Assembly: GCA_937905845.1 (NCBI GenBank)
Contig: CALCYJ010000208.1
Location: 23 to 64,022, forward strand
DNA: 64,000 bases
Direction: 5' to 3'
From: an uncultured Rhodospirillales bacterium
GTDB lineage: Bacteria; Pseudomonadota; Alphaproteobacteria; Ferrovibrionales; Ferrovibrionaceae
Under the pieces are notes generated by a model that did not search any database, was not told the DNA's origin, and was given only the letters and a program-made list of their open reading frames with translations. Position numbers and translations under genes: made by a program. Position 1 is the stretch's first letter, and each line of letters starts with the position of its first letter. Below are positions 40,734-49,608 of this stretch, one piece after another.

Positions 40734-41699
40734 TCAATGCGCGCTGCACGAGCCGCCGCCAAGAACGCAGAATTTGGCGCAATGGGGGTGATTGAGCGGC
40801 ACCGCCGCGCTCGTTGCCTGCCGCAGGCTGGTGCCAAGCTCGAAGGCCGGGTCATAGGGCAGGAGCGTGCAGGCGACGATTGCGGGCGCCGCGGCGCCGC
40901 GCCGCTTCACCACCATGCGCGAGGACGCGCACATCATCGCGTCGGGATGGACGCCGAGGAGGCTCCAGCAGGCTTCGGTGATCTCGGGCACGTCGGCGCC
41001 GGCATCCATCTCGGGAAACAGCACGAGCGCGTCCGGGGCCTGGGCATCGATCGGGATCTTCTCCGCGGCGAAGAGGCCGGCGAAGCCCGCGCGCAAGGAG
41101 GCCTCGCTCTCGCCCCAGAGCGTGCGTCCGGCCACGGCGATCTGGAAACCCTGGGCGCCAAGCCAGCGCAAGCCCTCGAGGGAGGGCGAGAAGCTGCCGG
41201 GGCCGCGCTCGCGCTCGTGGCGGGTGGCGTCATGATGATCAAGCGAGACCCGCAGCGTCAGTTGCCGGCCGAAACGTTCCAGAAGATCGAGCAGCGCCGC
41301 CGCCTGCTTCATCATCGGCTTCATGGCATTGGTCAGCACCAGGACCCGGAAGCCGCGGCGGAGCGCGTCGTCCAGCATGGCGATGATGTCGGGATTCATG
41401 AAGGGCTCGCCGCCGGTAAAGCCGATCTCCGCGGTCGCCAATCCCTCGCGCGCGATCTCGTCGAGATAGACCGCGACCTCGGCCGCCGAAATATAGGCCA
41501 GGCGGTCGTTGGTCGGGCTGCTCTCGATATAGCAATGGCGGCAGGTGAGGTTGCACAGCGTGCCGGTATTGATCCAGAGCGTCGCCAGCGCGCGCAAGGA
41601 AACCCGTGCCCGGCGCTCGCCCTTGGCGGTCAGGGCGGGGTCGCGGAACTTGGCCGGATCGAGCGGCACCGGCAAGGCTACGGCGGCAGGCTCTGTCAT
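40734..41699 (-). CDS. Radical SAM protein with Cys-rich C-terminus (ArsS/TIGR04167-like)
   Basis: 321 aa. CNLTCRHC is a CxxxCxxC cluster motif in the context TLWINTGTLCNLTCRHCYIESSP. The C-terminus NHPHCAKFCVLGGGSCSAH is Cys-rich. Confidence 0.75.
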   Translation of the reverse strand: MTEPAAVALPVPLDPAKFRDPALTAKGERRARVSLRALATLWINTGTLCNLTCRHCYIESSPTNDRLAYISAAEVAVYLDEIAREGLATAEIGFTGGEPFMNPDIIAMLDDALRRGFRVLVLTNAMKPMMKQAAALLDLLERFGRQLTLRVSLDHHDATRHERERGPGSFSPSLEGLRWLGAQGFQIAVAGRTLWGESEASLRAGFAGLFAAEKIPIDAQAPDALVLFPEMDAGADVPEITEACWSLLGVHPDAMMCASSRMVVKRRGAAAPAIVACTLLPYDPAFELGTSLRQATSAAVPLNHPHCAKFCVLGGGSCSAH

Positions 41700-41844
41700 T
41701 GGCGATCCGCGAGCGGGAGAGCTAAGGCACCATGCTCGGCAGTCTTGGCGCCCCTGTCAATCGTAAGCCCGGGCCTTGGGCGGGGTGGATCTTCACGGCA
41801 CCTTTGCCTGCGCCCTGCGCTATGCTATAGAACGCCGTCGCGCC

Positions 41845-41918
41845 GCGGGTGTAGCTCAATGGTAGAGCAGAAGCTTCCCAAGCTTACGACGAGGGTTCGA
41901 TTCCCTTCACCCGCTCCA
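41845..41918 (+). tRNA. tRNA-Gly (anticodon CCC)
   Basis: GCGGGTG acceptor pairs with CACCCGC. D-arm GCTC AATGGTA GAGC. Anticodon loop TTCCCAA. T-arm GAGGG TTCGATT CCCTT. Encoded CCA end. 74 nt. Confidence 0.93.
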
Positions 41919-42003
41919 CATCAATCCGCGCTCGACATCACTCAACGTCTTAAGGGCTAGCCCGCGAGGCGGGGCGCCGTTGGCGCGCTCACCGCGCCTG
42001 TCC

Positions 42004-42234
42004 CTACCGGGCGGGGCGGGGTTCTTCTGGCGTCGAAGGCGAAGCTGCCTCGTCGTTTCGCGCGTCCTCATAATGGATGCAGACCGTATCCGTCAGCATG
42101 ATGAGATCGTCCGGCGGATCGGCGATATCGACGATCGCCATGACCCGCCCGCATTCGGCGAGGAGGATGATTTTCCCTTTCGGCACGCCGTCGCTGATAT
42201 AGACGCGCTTGTCGCGCAGCTTTTCCGGGATCAT
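42004..42234 (-). CDS. Hypothetical small protein (76 aa)
   Basis: ATG 42234 is preceded by a strong SD, AAGGAGG, 4-5 nt upstream. The local GC is lower than the surroundings. I recognise no family. Confidence 0.5.
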   Translation of the reverse strand: MIPEKLRDKRVYISDGVPKGKIILLAECGRVMAIVDIADPPDDLIMLTDTVCIHYEDARNDEAASPSTPEEPRPAR

Positions 42235-42355
42235 CGCCCCTCCTTATTCAAGAACCGGATCGACAAGAATGATGCGCTCGAAGATCCGCCCGGCCGCAGG
42301 CCGGCGGGCCCGGCGCGCGATCGATCCCGTCCAGCGCCACGGGTTTTCTTAATAC

Positions 42356-42375
42356 ATATGTATCAAGATACATAT
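42356..42375. promoter_or_regulatory. 20-bp AT-rich palindrome between the small ORF and the ModE-like regulator gene
   Basis: ATATGTATC AA GATACATAT has 9-bp perfect arms. It overlaps the 12-bp palindrome ATACATATGTAT. Confidence 0.5.
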
Positions 42376-42566
42376 CATGGTTCCCGCGATTCAACGCTTT
42401 GTCCCTGGTTTCAGGAATAAACTTGATCATGGCGTCAGGGGAATATGATAATCTATGCCTATGTGAGGCACGGAAGACAGGAAATGCCGGATCGCACCGG
42501 AACCGCGAAAATTATGTAGTAGAATGCATATCCTATATCCCGCCCGGGCTTGAAGAGGAAGTCACG

Positions 42567-43643
42567 ATGATCCGCATCGAGATCGAACCGGTATGGCGCT
42601 TCAGGCGGGATGCCGATCCGCAATCCATCCTGGTGATGCTGGACTTCCTGAACGGAATCCGGGTGACCGGGAAAATCAGCCAGGCCGCCGAGCGGGCCAA
42701 CATGTCCTATCGGCACGCCTGGAATCTGATCGAGAAATGGTCCGACTTCTTCGAAGCGCCGCTGGTGGAACGCAAGCAGGGGCGCGGGACGAGCCTGACG
42801 CCGTTCGGCGGCAAGCTGGTCTGGGCGGGACAGCGGCTCCAGGCGCGGCTTGGACCGCAACTCCAGAATCTGTCCCAGGAGCTGGAAACCGAGATCAACC
42901 AGTTTCTCCCCCATGGACCATCGATCATTCGCGTGCACGCCAGCCACGGGTTCGCGATCTCCAAGCTGCGGGAACTGCTCGGCCGTCAGGCGGATATCGG
43001 GATCGACGTCAGATATGTCAGCAACCAGAATTCCCTGGCGTCGCTCGCCCACGATGGATGCGATCTGGCGGGCATGCACCTGCCGCAAGGAGAATTGAGG
43101 AAGCGAAGCATCGCCGCCTGCAAGGAATGGCTGATACCGAGCGTCCATCGGGTGATCACGTTCGTGACCCGCGAAATGGGCCTGATGGTGAAGCGCGGCA
43201 ATCCGTTGCAGATAGGCTCGCTCGAAGGATTGCTCGATCCCGCGGTCCGGTTCGTCAACCGGGATCCCGACTCCGGCACGCGCCTGCTCTTCGAGCAGCT
43301 CCTGGCGCAACACAAGCTGGAAGGCTCGGCCATCAACGGCTACGAGCGGGTCGAATTCACCCATGCGGCGGTCGCAGCCTATGTCGCGAGCGATATGGCC
43401 GACGTCAGTTTCGGCGTCGAGGCGGCGGCCCGTCAGTTCGATCTCGATTTTGTTCCGCTGGTCACCGAGGATTATTTTTTCGTCTGCCGCAAGCAACTCC
43501 TGGAGCTGGACGCGATCAAGCGTGTCCTGTCGATCATGAGAAGTGAAGAATTCCAAACGGCCATCGCGCAATTGCCGGGCTACAGAACCAAGGATGCCGG
43601 ATCGGTCAAGACCATCAAGGAAGTCTTCCGACAATCCGCCTAG
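42567..43643 (+). CDS. Transcriptional regulator: ModE-like N-terminal winged helix plus periplasmic-binding-protein-like C-terminal domain
   Basis: ATG 42567 after [54 protein letters not shown] resembles the ModE/LysR-type N-domain. The C-terminal half resembles a PBP-like anion-binding fold. Confidence 0.7.
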   Translation: MIRIEIEPVWRFRRDADPQSILVMLDFLNGIRVTGKISQAAERANMSYRHAWNLIEKWSDFFEAPLVERKQGRGTSLTPFGGKLVWAGQRLQARLGPQLQNLSQELETEINQFLPHGPSIIRVHASHGFAISKLRELLGRQADIGIDVRYVSNQNSLASLAHDGCDLAGMHLPQGELRKRSIAACKEWLIPSVHRVITFVTREMGLMVKRGNPLQIGSLEGLLDPAVRFVNRDPDSGTRLLFEQLLAQHKLEGSAINGYERVEFTHAAVAAYVASDMADVSFGVEAAARQFDLDFVPLVTEDYFFVCRKQLLELDAIKRVLSIMRSEEFQTAIAQLPGYRTKDAGSVKTIKEVFRQSA

Positions 43644-43803
43644 CCGACGCCGACGCCGGCGGTGGCGCGGGTGGCAAGCCTGCCGGGTCATGCGGACAAT
43701 CGCCGTATCGCAGTCGTCTGGACACGGTCTATGCTCGGGGCCTGAGGCGCGCGTGTCCCGGCGCAACGGGCGGGATGCGCGGCGGTCGGGGAAATCGGAA
43801 CGG

Positions 43804-44685
43804 ATGACCAGGAAAGCAAAAATCAAGAATAACAAGCGTGGTCGTCCACGTTACGACCAGGAAGATCTCGCCGCCGCGCAGGCATTTCGGGCGATCGGCA
43901 GGAAAATCCGCCTCAGCCGCGGTGACGTCCGTCCGCTGTGGGTGCAGCTGCGCAATCAGATCGAAGAGGCGATCAACACCGGCGGCATTGCGGCGAATTC
44001 CCGCATGCCGTCCGAACAGGCTCTTTGCGACCTCTTCGGCATATCCCGCGCGGTGGTCCGGGCGGCGATCGGTTCGCTGGCAACCGGCGGCCGCGTGGTG
44101 CGGTTGCCCAGGAAAGGGACTTTCGTCGCCCCGCCGCGCCAGCACGTCGATTTCATGGCGGCCAATCTTGGCGTATTCGACGATCTGACCGCCAAGGGAC
44201 ACCGGGTCTCCACCCGGACGCTGGCGCTGTACCGGAGCGCGCCGAACGAACAGGAGCAAAACGTCCTCGGCCTGCCGCCCGAGGGGAGCGTCGTGCATAT
44301 TCACCGCGTCTATCTGTCGGATGGATTGCCGATCACCATGACCCATATCGCGCTCCCGGGCCATAAAGTGCCGGGATTGGAACTGCTCGACATGGAAAAT
44401 CACTCGGTGTTCCAGACGATCCGCGAACATTACGGCTTGACGGTTCAGCGCGCCGAGCGCTGGTTCACCGCGGCCCTGCCGAGCAAGGAGGAATGCGAGA
44501 GAATGGGCGTGTCGCCGAACACGCCGCTCATCTCCATCGAATCCTTCGCCTATGATGCCGAGGGCGCGGTGCTCGAATATTATCAGGCGCTCTACAATTC
44601 ATCGCTGGCCCGAATCCACGTGGCGATCAATCAGGAAGCGCCGCTGGTCGTGATCAACGGCCTGGCGCACGGAACCGGCACCTAG
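43804..44685 (+). CDS. GntR-family regulator, HutC subfamily (UTRA effector domain)
   Basis: ATG 43804. MPSEQALCDLFGISRAVVRAAIGSLATGGRVVRLPRKGTFV is a GntR wHTH, followed by a UTRA-like C-terminal domain. Confidence 0.85.
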   Translation: MTRKAKIKNNKRGRPRYDQEDLAAAQAFRAIGRKIRLSRGDVRPLWVQLRNQIEEAINTGGIAANSRMPSEQALCDLFGISRAVVRAAIGSLATGGRVVRLPRKGTFVAPPRQHVDFMAANLGVFDDLTAKGHRVSTRTLALYRSAPNEQEQNVLGLPPEGSVVHIHRVYLSDGLPITMTHIALPGHKVPGLELLDMENHSVFQTIREHYGLTVQRAERWFTAALPSKEECERMGVSPNTPLISIESFAYDAEGAVLEYYQALYNSSLARIHVAINQEAPLVVINGLAHGTGT

Positions 44686-44816
44686 TCTCGATTGTCGCGC
44701 CGGCCGGTGATGCCGCCGCAAAGGCGGGCCGGCGCTTCTCTTTCCCGAGTGTCTGCCAAGAGCATCAGATGCCGCACTTCCATGCGCGCAGCCGGATGGA
44801 ATCGCCTGTTTAATTT

Positions 44817-44832
44817 TCTGGTTATAACCAGA
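44817..44832. promoter_or_regulatory. 16-bp perfect palindrome, candidate HutC/GntR operator
   Basis: TCTGGTTATAACCAGA is a GT-N-AC type core like DasR/NagR-class sites. It directly abuts a TTGACA -35 hexamer. Confidence 0.65.
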
Positions 44833-44861
44833 TTGACAGGTCGATTTTCTAGGAATAGTTT
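44833..44861 (+). promoter_or_regulatory. Sigma70-like promoter facing the aldolase/ABC/kinase operon
   Basis: TTGACA (44833-44838), 17-nt spacer, TAGTTT (44856-44861). This implies a leader of about 190 nt before the aldolase start. Confidence 0.45.
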
Positions 44862-45055
44862 CATATCAACGCCGCAAAAAATGCGGCGCTGGGAATTCAA
44901 CAAACGAAGCCTTGCTTCTCTCCGGCGTCCGGTGGAATGGGCGATACCCTATGCGCGATGCCGATGACGGGACGCGCGCTTCCGGGCCCGGGAGAGGACG
45001 ATTGATCGTCGTGATGGCGGCGATGGGGATCGCGCGATGACAGCGATAAAGCCTG

Positions 45056-45730
45056 GTGAACCCGATGATCGAGAATCGGATTATGCTGAATAAATCTGCG
45101 ATCAAGACGCGCCGTTCGATCATCGACGCCTGCCTCAAGATGAATGAACTCGGCATCAATCAGGGCACTTCGGGCAATATCAGCGTCCGGGAAGGGGCCG
45201 GAATCCTGATCACGCCGGCCAGCATGCCCTACGATGCGATGCAGCCCGAGGACATCGTCTTCGTCGATCAAGACGGCACGGCCGATGGGCGGTTGCGGCC
45301 TTCGAGCGAATGGCGGCTTCACTTAGGCATCATGAAGGCGAAGCCGGAGGTTCAGGCCATCGCCCATGCCCATCCGACTTACGGCACGACGATTGCGATC
45401 ATGGGGCTTGGGATTCCGCCGATCCATTACATGATTGCCGTCGCCGGCGGCAGCGATATCCGCTGCGCTCCCTACGCGACATTCGGGAGCGAAGAATTGT
45501 CGGCAAACGCCATCGCCGCGTTGCAAGAGCGCAAGGCCTGCCTGCTGGCGCATCATGGCGTCATCGCCACCGGCACGTCGCTGGCCGATGCTTTGTGGCT
45601 TGCGGTCGAAGTGGAGACGCTGGCGCGGCAATATCATGGCGCGCTCCAGCTTGGGCAACCGCCGCTTCTGTCGGAAGAGGAGATCCGCACCGTCCTCTCG
45701 AGGATGGCGAATTACGGCTACAAAGATTAG
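45056..45730 (+). CDS. Class II aldolase/adducin-family protein (fuculose-phosphate aldolase-like)
   Basis: GTSGNISVR, AIAHAHPTYGT and LLAHHGVIATG metal and phosphate motifs. The start is uncertain: GTG 45056, ATG 45065 or ATG 45083. Confidence 0.85.
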   Translation: MNPMIENRIMLNKSAIKTRRSIIDACLKMNELGINQGTSGNISVREGAGILITPASMPYDAMQPEDIVFVDQDGTADGRLRPSSEWRLHLGIMKAKPEVQAIAHAHPTYGTTIAIMGLGIPPIHYMIAVAGGSDIRCAPYATFGSEELSANAIAALQERKACLLAHHGVIATGTSLADALWLAVEVETLARQYHGALQLGQPPLLSEEEIRTVLSRMANYGYKD

Positions 45731-45809
45731 CCGCGGGCGACGACAAAAGGCGCCATAGATGCCTTCGATATCGCGCCAGGGGAGAAATGGAAGGTAACAG
45801 GAGGAAGCA

Positions 45810-46835
45810 ATGTCTGATGCCAAGGGTCTGAAGATCGAGCAAACAAAGGCGATATCGCTTGTCACGAAGGCCGCGATCGCTCTTGCCTTGAGTGGTGGCG
45901 TGATTGCGGCGACAACGGCAGCGCGCGCCGACGATGTTCCCGCCGGGCTTTCGCTCAAGGGCAAGACAATCGGAATTTCGGTGGTCGGCACCGACCACTT
46001 CTGGGACCTGAAGGCCTATCAGGGCCAGATCGCCGAGGTGAAGCGGCTGGGCGGCACGCCGGTCGCGCTCGACGCCGGCCGCAAGGACGCCAAGCAGATC
46101 GCCCAGATCCAGACGCTGATCGCGCAGAAGCCGGATGCGATCATCGAGCAGCTCGGCAACGTCAAGGTTCTCGATCCCTGGTTCAAGAAGATCAGGACGG
46201 CCGGCATTCCCCTGTTCACCGTCGATACCGCGACACCCCAGGCGATCAACGACACGACGTCGAACAATTGGGAGATGGGCGAGGAGCTGGCGGTCCAGAT
46301 GGTCCAGGACATCGGCGCCAAGGGGAACATCATCGTCTTCAACGGCTTCTATAGCGTGCCGGTCTGCGCCATCCGCTATGACGAGATGAGGGCGGTCCTC
46401 AAATATTATCCCGATGTCAAGATCATCCAGCCGGAACTGCGCGACGTCATCCCCAACACGGTGCAGAGCGCCTATAGCGAGGTGACGGACATCCTGACCA
46501 AGAACCCGAAGAAAGGGTCGATCGCCGCGATCTGGGCCTGTTGGGGCGTGCCGATCGAGGGTGCGGCCCAGGCGGTGCAGGCGGCCAAGCGCGACGAGAT
46601 CAAACTCTATGCGGGCGACAGCGGGCCGGACGATATCAAGCTGATCGAGGATAAGAACAACCCGGTCGCCGCCGTGATCGCGCAACGGCCGACCGAGATC
46701 GGCAAGACGGCGGTCGATAACGCCGCCCGCCATCTCAATGGCCAGAGCGTGCCCTCCTTCACCTTCGTGCCGACGATCATGGTGACGAAAGCCAATGTCC
46801 AGGAGGTGAAGGACAAGCTCGGCTGGGGCCTCTAG
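45810..46835 (+). CDS. Sugar ABC transporter periplasmic substrate-binding protein (PBP type I)
   Basis: AGGAGGAAG SD. Signal-like N-terminus ...AIALALSGGVIAATTAARA. GKTIGISVVG...DAIIEQ...FTVD pattern of the ribose-binding-protein-like family. Confidence 0.85.
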   Translation: MSDAKGLKIEQTKAISLVTKAAIALALSGGVIAATTAARADDVPAGLSLKGKTIGISVVGTDHFWDLKAYQGQIAEVKRLGGTPVALDAGRKDAKQIAQIQTLIAQKPDAIIEQLGNVKVLDPWFKKIRTAGIPLFTVDTATPQAINDTTSNNWEMGEELAVQMVQDIGAKGNIIVFNGFYSVPVCAIRYDEMRAVLKYYPDVKIIQPELRDVIPNTVQSAYSEVTDILTKNPKKGSIAAIWACWGVPIEGAAQAVQAAKRDEIKLYAGDSGPDDIKLIEDKNNPVAAVIAQRPTEIGKTAVDNAARHLNGQSVPSFTFVPTIMVTKANVQEVKDKLGWGL

Positions 46836-47017
46836 AAGCGAATCGCGATCCGGCCGCACTCGGGCCGAGGCGGATGGGCGGAAACCTCCTCGCGTCCGCC
46901 GCCTCGATCTCGCTTTCGGAAAGCGGACGCAATCCTCCTGAGGAATGGATAGACTGACGCCGGGGTGAGGCCCAAGCCCTCTCCCGGCGTCTCGGCGGTC
47001 ATGGACAGGCAGCAGCG

Positions 47018-48574
47018 ATGACGGCGACATCCCGGCCACCGGCCTTGTCGATGCGGGGAATAACGAAGGCCTTTGGTCCGGTAAAGGCGCTGGCCGATGC
47101 CGATCTGCGGGTCGAACGCGGGACGATCCACGGGCTGGTCGGCCAGAACGGGGCGGGGAAGTCGACGATCATCAAAATCCTGGCCGGTCTCTTCAGGCCC
47201 GACCGGGGCACCATCGAGATCGACGGCGAGCCGCAAACCCATCTCAATCCACGCCAGGTCGAGGCGCGTGGGATCCACATCATCCATCAGGACCGGCTTC
47301 TGGTTCCGACCTTCACCGTGGGCGAATCGCTGTTCCTCGGGCACGAAGGCGGCTTCGGCGCCTTTGGCCTGCTCAATCGCCGCCGGATGCAGCGGCAGGC
47401 GGGCGAAGCCTTGAGACGCTATTTCTCCGGCATCGATTTGCCGATAGAGGCGCTGATCGCCGATCTCACGACGGCGCAGCAGAAGATCGTGCAGATCACC
47501 CGCGCCCTTCTCAACCGGCCGTCGATCCTGGTCCTCGACGAACCGACGGCGGCGCTGAACAAGGGCGAGGTCGATACGCTGTTCACGACCCTGCGCGGTC
47601 TGCGCGATGAGGGAATCTCGGTCATTTTCATCTCGCACTATATGCAGGAGATCGAAAATCTTTGCGATCGGGTGACGATCCTGCGCAACGGCAAGGATGT
47701 CGGCACCGTCGATCCGCGCACGACGCCGATCGGCGATATTGTCGCGATGATGATCGCGCGCGACATCAAGGAGATGTTCCCGGGCCGCAAACGAAAGATC
47801 GGCGCTCCCGCCCTGGAAATCCGCGATCTGACGGTGAAGGGCAAATTCGAGGACGTATCCCTCTCGGTCCGCCGGGGCGAGATCGTCGGCATCACCGGCC
47901 TCATCGGATCGGGAGCCAAGGAATTTCTTCAGACGATCTACGGCCTCAGGCGTGCCGACGGCGGACAGGTCCTGATCGGCGGCAAGCGGGTGGTGATCGA
48001 TACGCCGGCCAAGGCGGTCGCGCATGGCGTGGCTCTGGTGCCGGAGGACCGGCGCTCGCATGGCGTCGCCCTCGATCTGTCGATCCGCGAGAACGTCACG
48101 CTGTCCAGCCTGTCCCGCTATGGATCGATGGGCTTCATCCACGCCGGGCGGGAACGGAGCGGGGTTGATGCGCTGATCGGGGAACTCGATGTCAAGGCGG
48201 CCGGGCGGGAGGTTCTCGTGCGCAAGCTCAGTGGCGGCAATCAGCAGAAAGTGGTGCTGGCGAAATGGCTGAGCCGTGAATCCTCGGTCTATCTTCTGGA
48301 CGAGCCCACCGTCGGCGTCGATGTCGGATCGAAGGTGGAAATCTATCAGCTTCTATCCCGGCTGGCCGAAAAGGGCGCCGGCATTCTCGTCCTCTCGACC
48401 GACCTGATCGAACTGATGGGGATTTGCGATCACCTCGTGGTGCTCTATCGCGGCCGGGTGGTGGCCGCGCTCCGGACAGCGGAAACCGATACCGACGACG
48501 TGCTCAAATGGGCGACGGGGGCGCAGGCCTCAACGCGGCCGGACATGCCCGCCGCGACGATGCCGGCGTCATGA
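47018..48574 (+). CDS. Sugar ABC transporter ATP-binding protein (duplicated ABC domains)
   Basis: 518 aa. Walker A GQNGAGKST, signatures LTTAQQKIVQI and LSGGNQQKV, and two nucleotide-binding domains. Confidence 0.9.
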   Translation: MTATSRPPALSMRGITKAFGPVKALADADLRVERGTIHGLVGQNGAGKSTIIKILAGLFRPDRGTIEIDGEPQTHLNPRQVEARGIHIIHQDRLLVPTFTVGESLFLGHEGGFGAFGLLNRRRMQRQAGEALRRYFSGIDLPIEALIADLTTAQQKIVQITRALLNRPSILVLDEPTAALNKGEVDTLFTTLRGLRDEGISVIFISHYMQEIENLCDRVTILRNGKDVGTVDPRTTPIGDIVAMMIARDIKEMFPGRKRKIGAPALEIRDLTVKGKFEDVSLSVRRGEIVGITGLIGSGAKEFLQTIYGLRRADGGQVLIGGKRVVIDTPAKAVAHGVALVPEDRRSHGVALDLSIRENVTLSSLSRYGSMGFIHAGRERSGVDALIGELDVKAAGREVLVRKLSGGNQQKVVLAKWLSRESSVYLLDEPTVGVDVGSKVEIYQLLSRLAEKGAGILVLSTDLIELMGICDHLVVLYRGRVVAALRTAETDTDDVLKWATGAQASTRPDMPAATMPAS

Positions 48575-49608
48575 GCCTGGGCCCGGCCGCGACAGGCGCC
48601 GTGCAAGCCGGATCACCGCACAGGGACCGGCCGCAGACCGCGCGTACCGCGCGGGCCGGCGGTATCGACCTGATGATCCGTGTCGGTGCCTATGTGGCGG
48701 TCGCCGTCGTTCTTGGCTATTTCAGCGTGGCGGCACACGGGTTTTTCAGCCTGTCCAATGTCGTCAATGTCGTCGAGCAGTCGGCCATCCTCGGCATCCT
48801 TGCCTTTGGCATGACACTGGTCGTCATCGCCGGCGGGATGAATGTCGTCTCGGGCGGGATCGATCTTTCCATCGCGGCAAACATGGGTGTCTGCGCCGCC
48901 GTCTTCGCCACATCCATCAATGCCGGCGTCTCCGATCCCGTGGCGGTGGCGCTGACGCTTGGCGCCGGCCTGGCCATCGGCGCCGTGAATGCCTTCGCCG
49001 TCATCGGGCTGGGCGTGCTGCCGCTGCTGGCGACGCTCGCGGTGATGAACGTCTGCATCGGCGCCGAACTGGTGCTGACCCAGAATACCGTCATCAGCGC
49101 CGCGTCCCCGCTGATTTCGCTGATGTCGTCGGGAACCTTTCTCGGCATTTCCGTCTATGCCTGGTTCCTGATCGTCGCGAGCGCCTTGTTCATCGTCCTG
49201 GTCCAATATACCAGATGGGGCTTGCGGCTCTACGCCGTCGGCGCGCATCGCGAGGCCGCGCATGCGGCCGGGTTGCCGATCGCGAAATACCAGGCGGCAA
49301 GCTACGTGATTGCCGGCCTGTGCGGATCCTTGGCCGCGCTGCTCTCCGTCGCCAGGCTGAGCGGGAGCAGCCCGGGCGCGAACGACAATCTTCTGCCGGT
49401 CATCGTGGCCGCCCTGATGGGCGTGGTCTTTTCGCGCCGGATGGTGCCGACGATCGGCGGTACCCTGTTGAGCGCGCTTTTCATCGGCTTCCTCGCCAAC
49501 GGATTTCAGCTCATCAATGTTTCGAGCTATTGGGTCAACGGCGTGCAGGGCCTGCTGATCCTCGCCGTGGTTTCCATGACCTCTCTCACCAAGCGCGCGG
49601 GCACATGA
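48571..49608 (+). CDS. Sugar ABC transporter permease 1
   Basis: ATG 48571 overlaps the ATPase stop (ATGA). Polytopic hydrophobic protein with GMTLVVIAGGMNVVSGGIDLS, typical of RbsC-like permeases. Confidence 0.85.
   Translation: MSLGPAATGAVQAGSPHRDRPQTARTARAGGIDLMIRVGAYVAVAVVLGYFSVAAHGFFSLSNVVNVVEQSAILGILAFGMTLVVIAGGMNVVSGGIDLSIAANMGVCAAVFATSINAGVSDPVAVALTLGAGLAIGAVNAFAVIGLGVLPLLATLAVMNVCIGAELVLTQNTVISAASPLISLMSSGTFLGISVYAWFLIVASALFIVLVQYTRWGLRLYAVGAHREAAHAAGLPIAKYQAASYVIAGLCGSLAALLSVARLSGSSPGANDNLLPVIVAALMGVVFSRRMVPTIGGTLLSALFIGFLANGFQLINVSSYWVNGVQGLLILAVVSMTSLTKRAGT

Noticed and set aside
42399-42566. Upstream extension of the ModE-like regulator ORF ([18 protein letters not shown]...)
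   Set aside because: It runs through the AT-rich palindromic promoter region and has no SD. The ModE-like homology and a GAGGAAG SD support ATG 42567.
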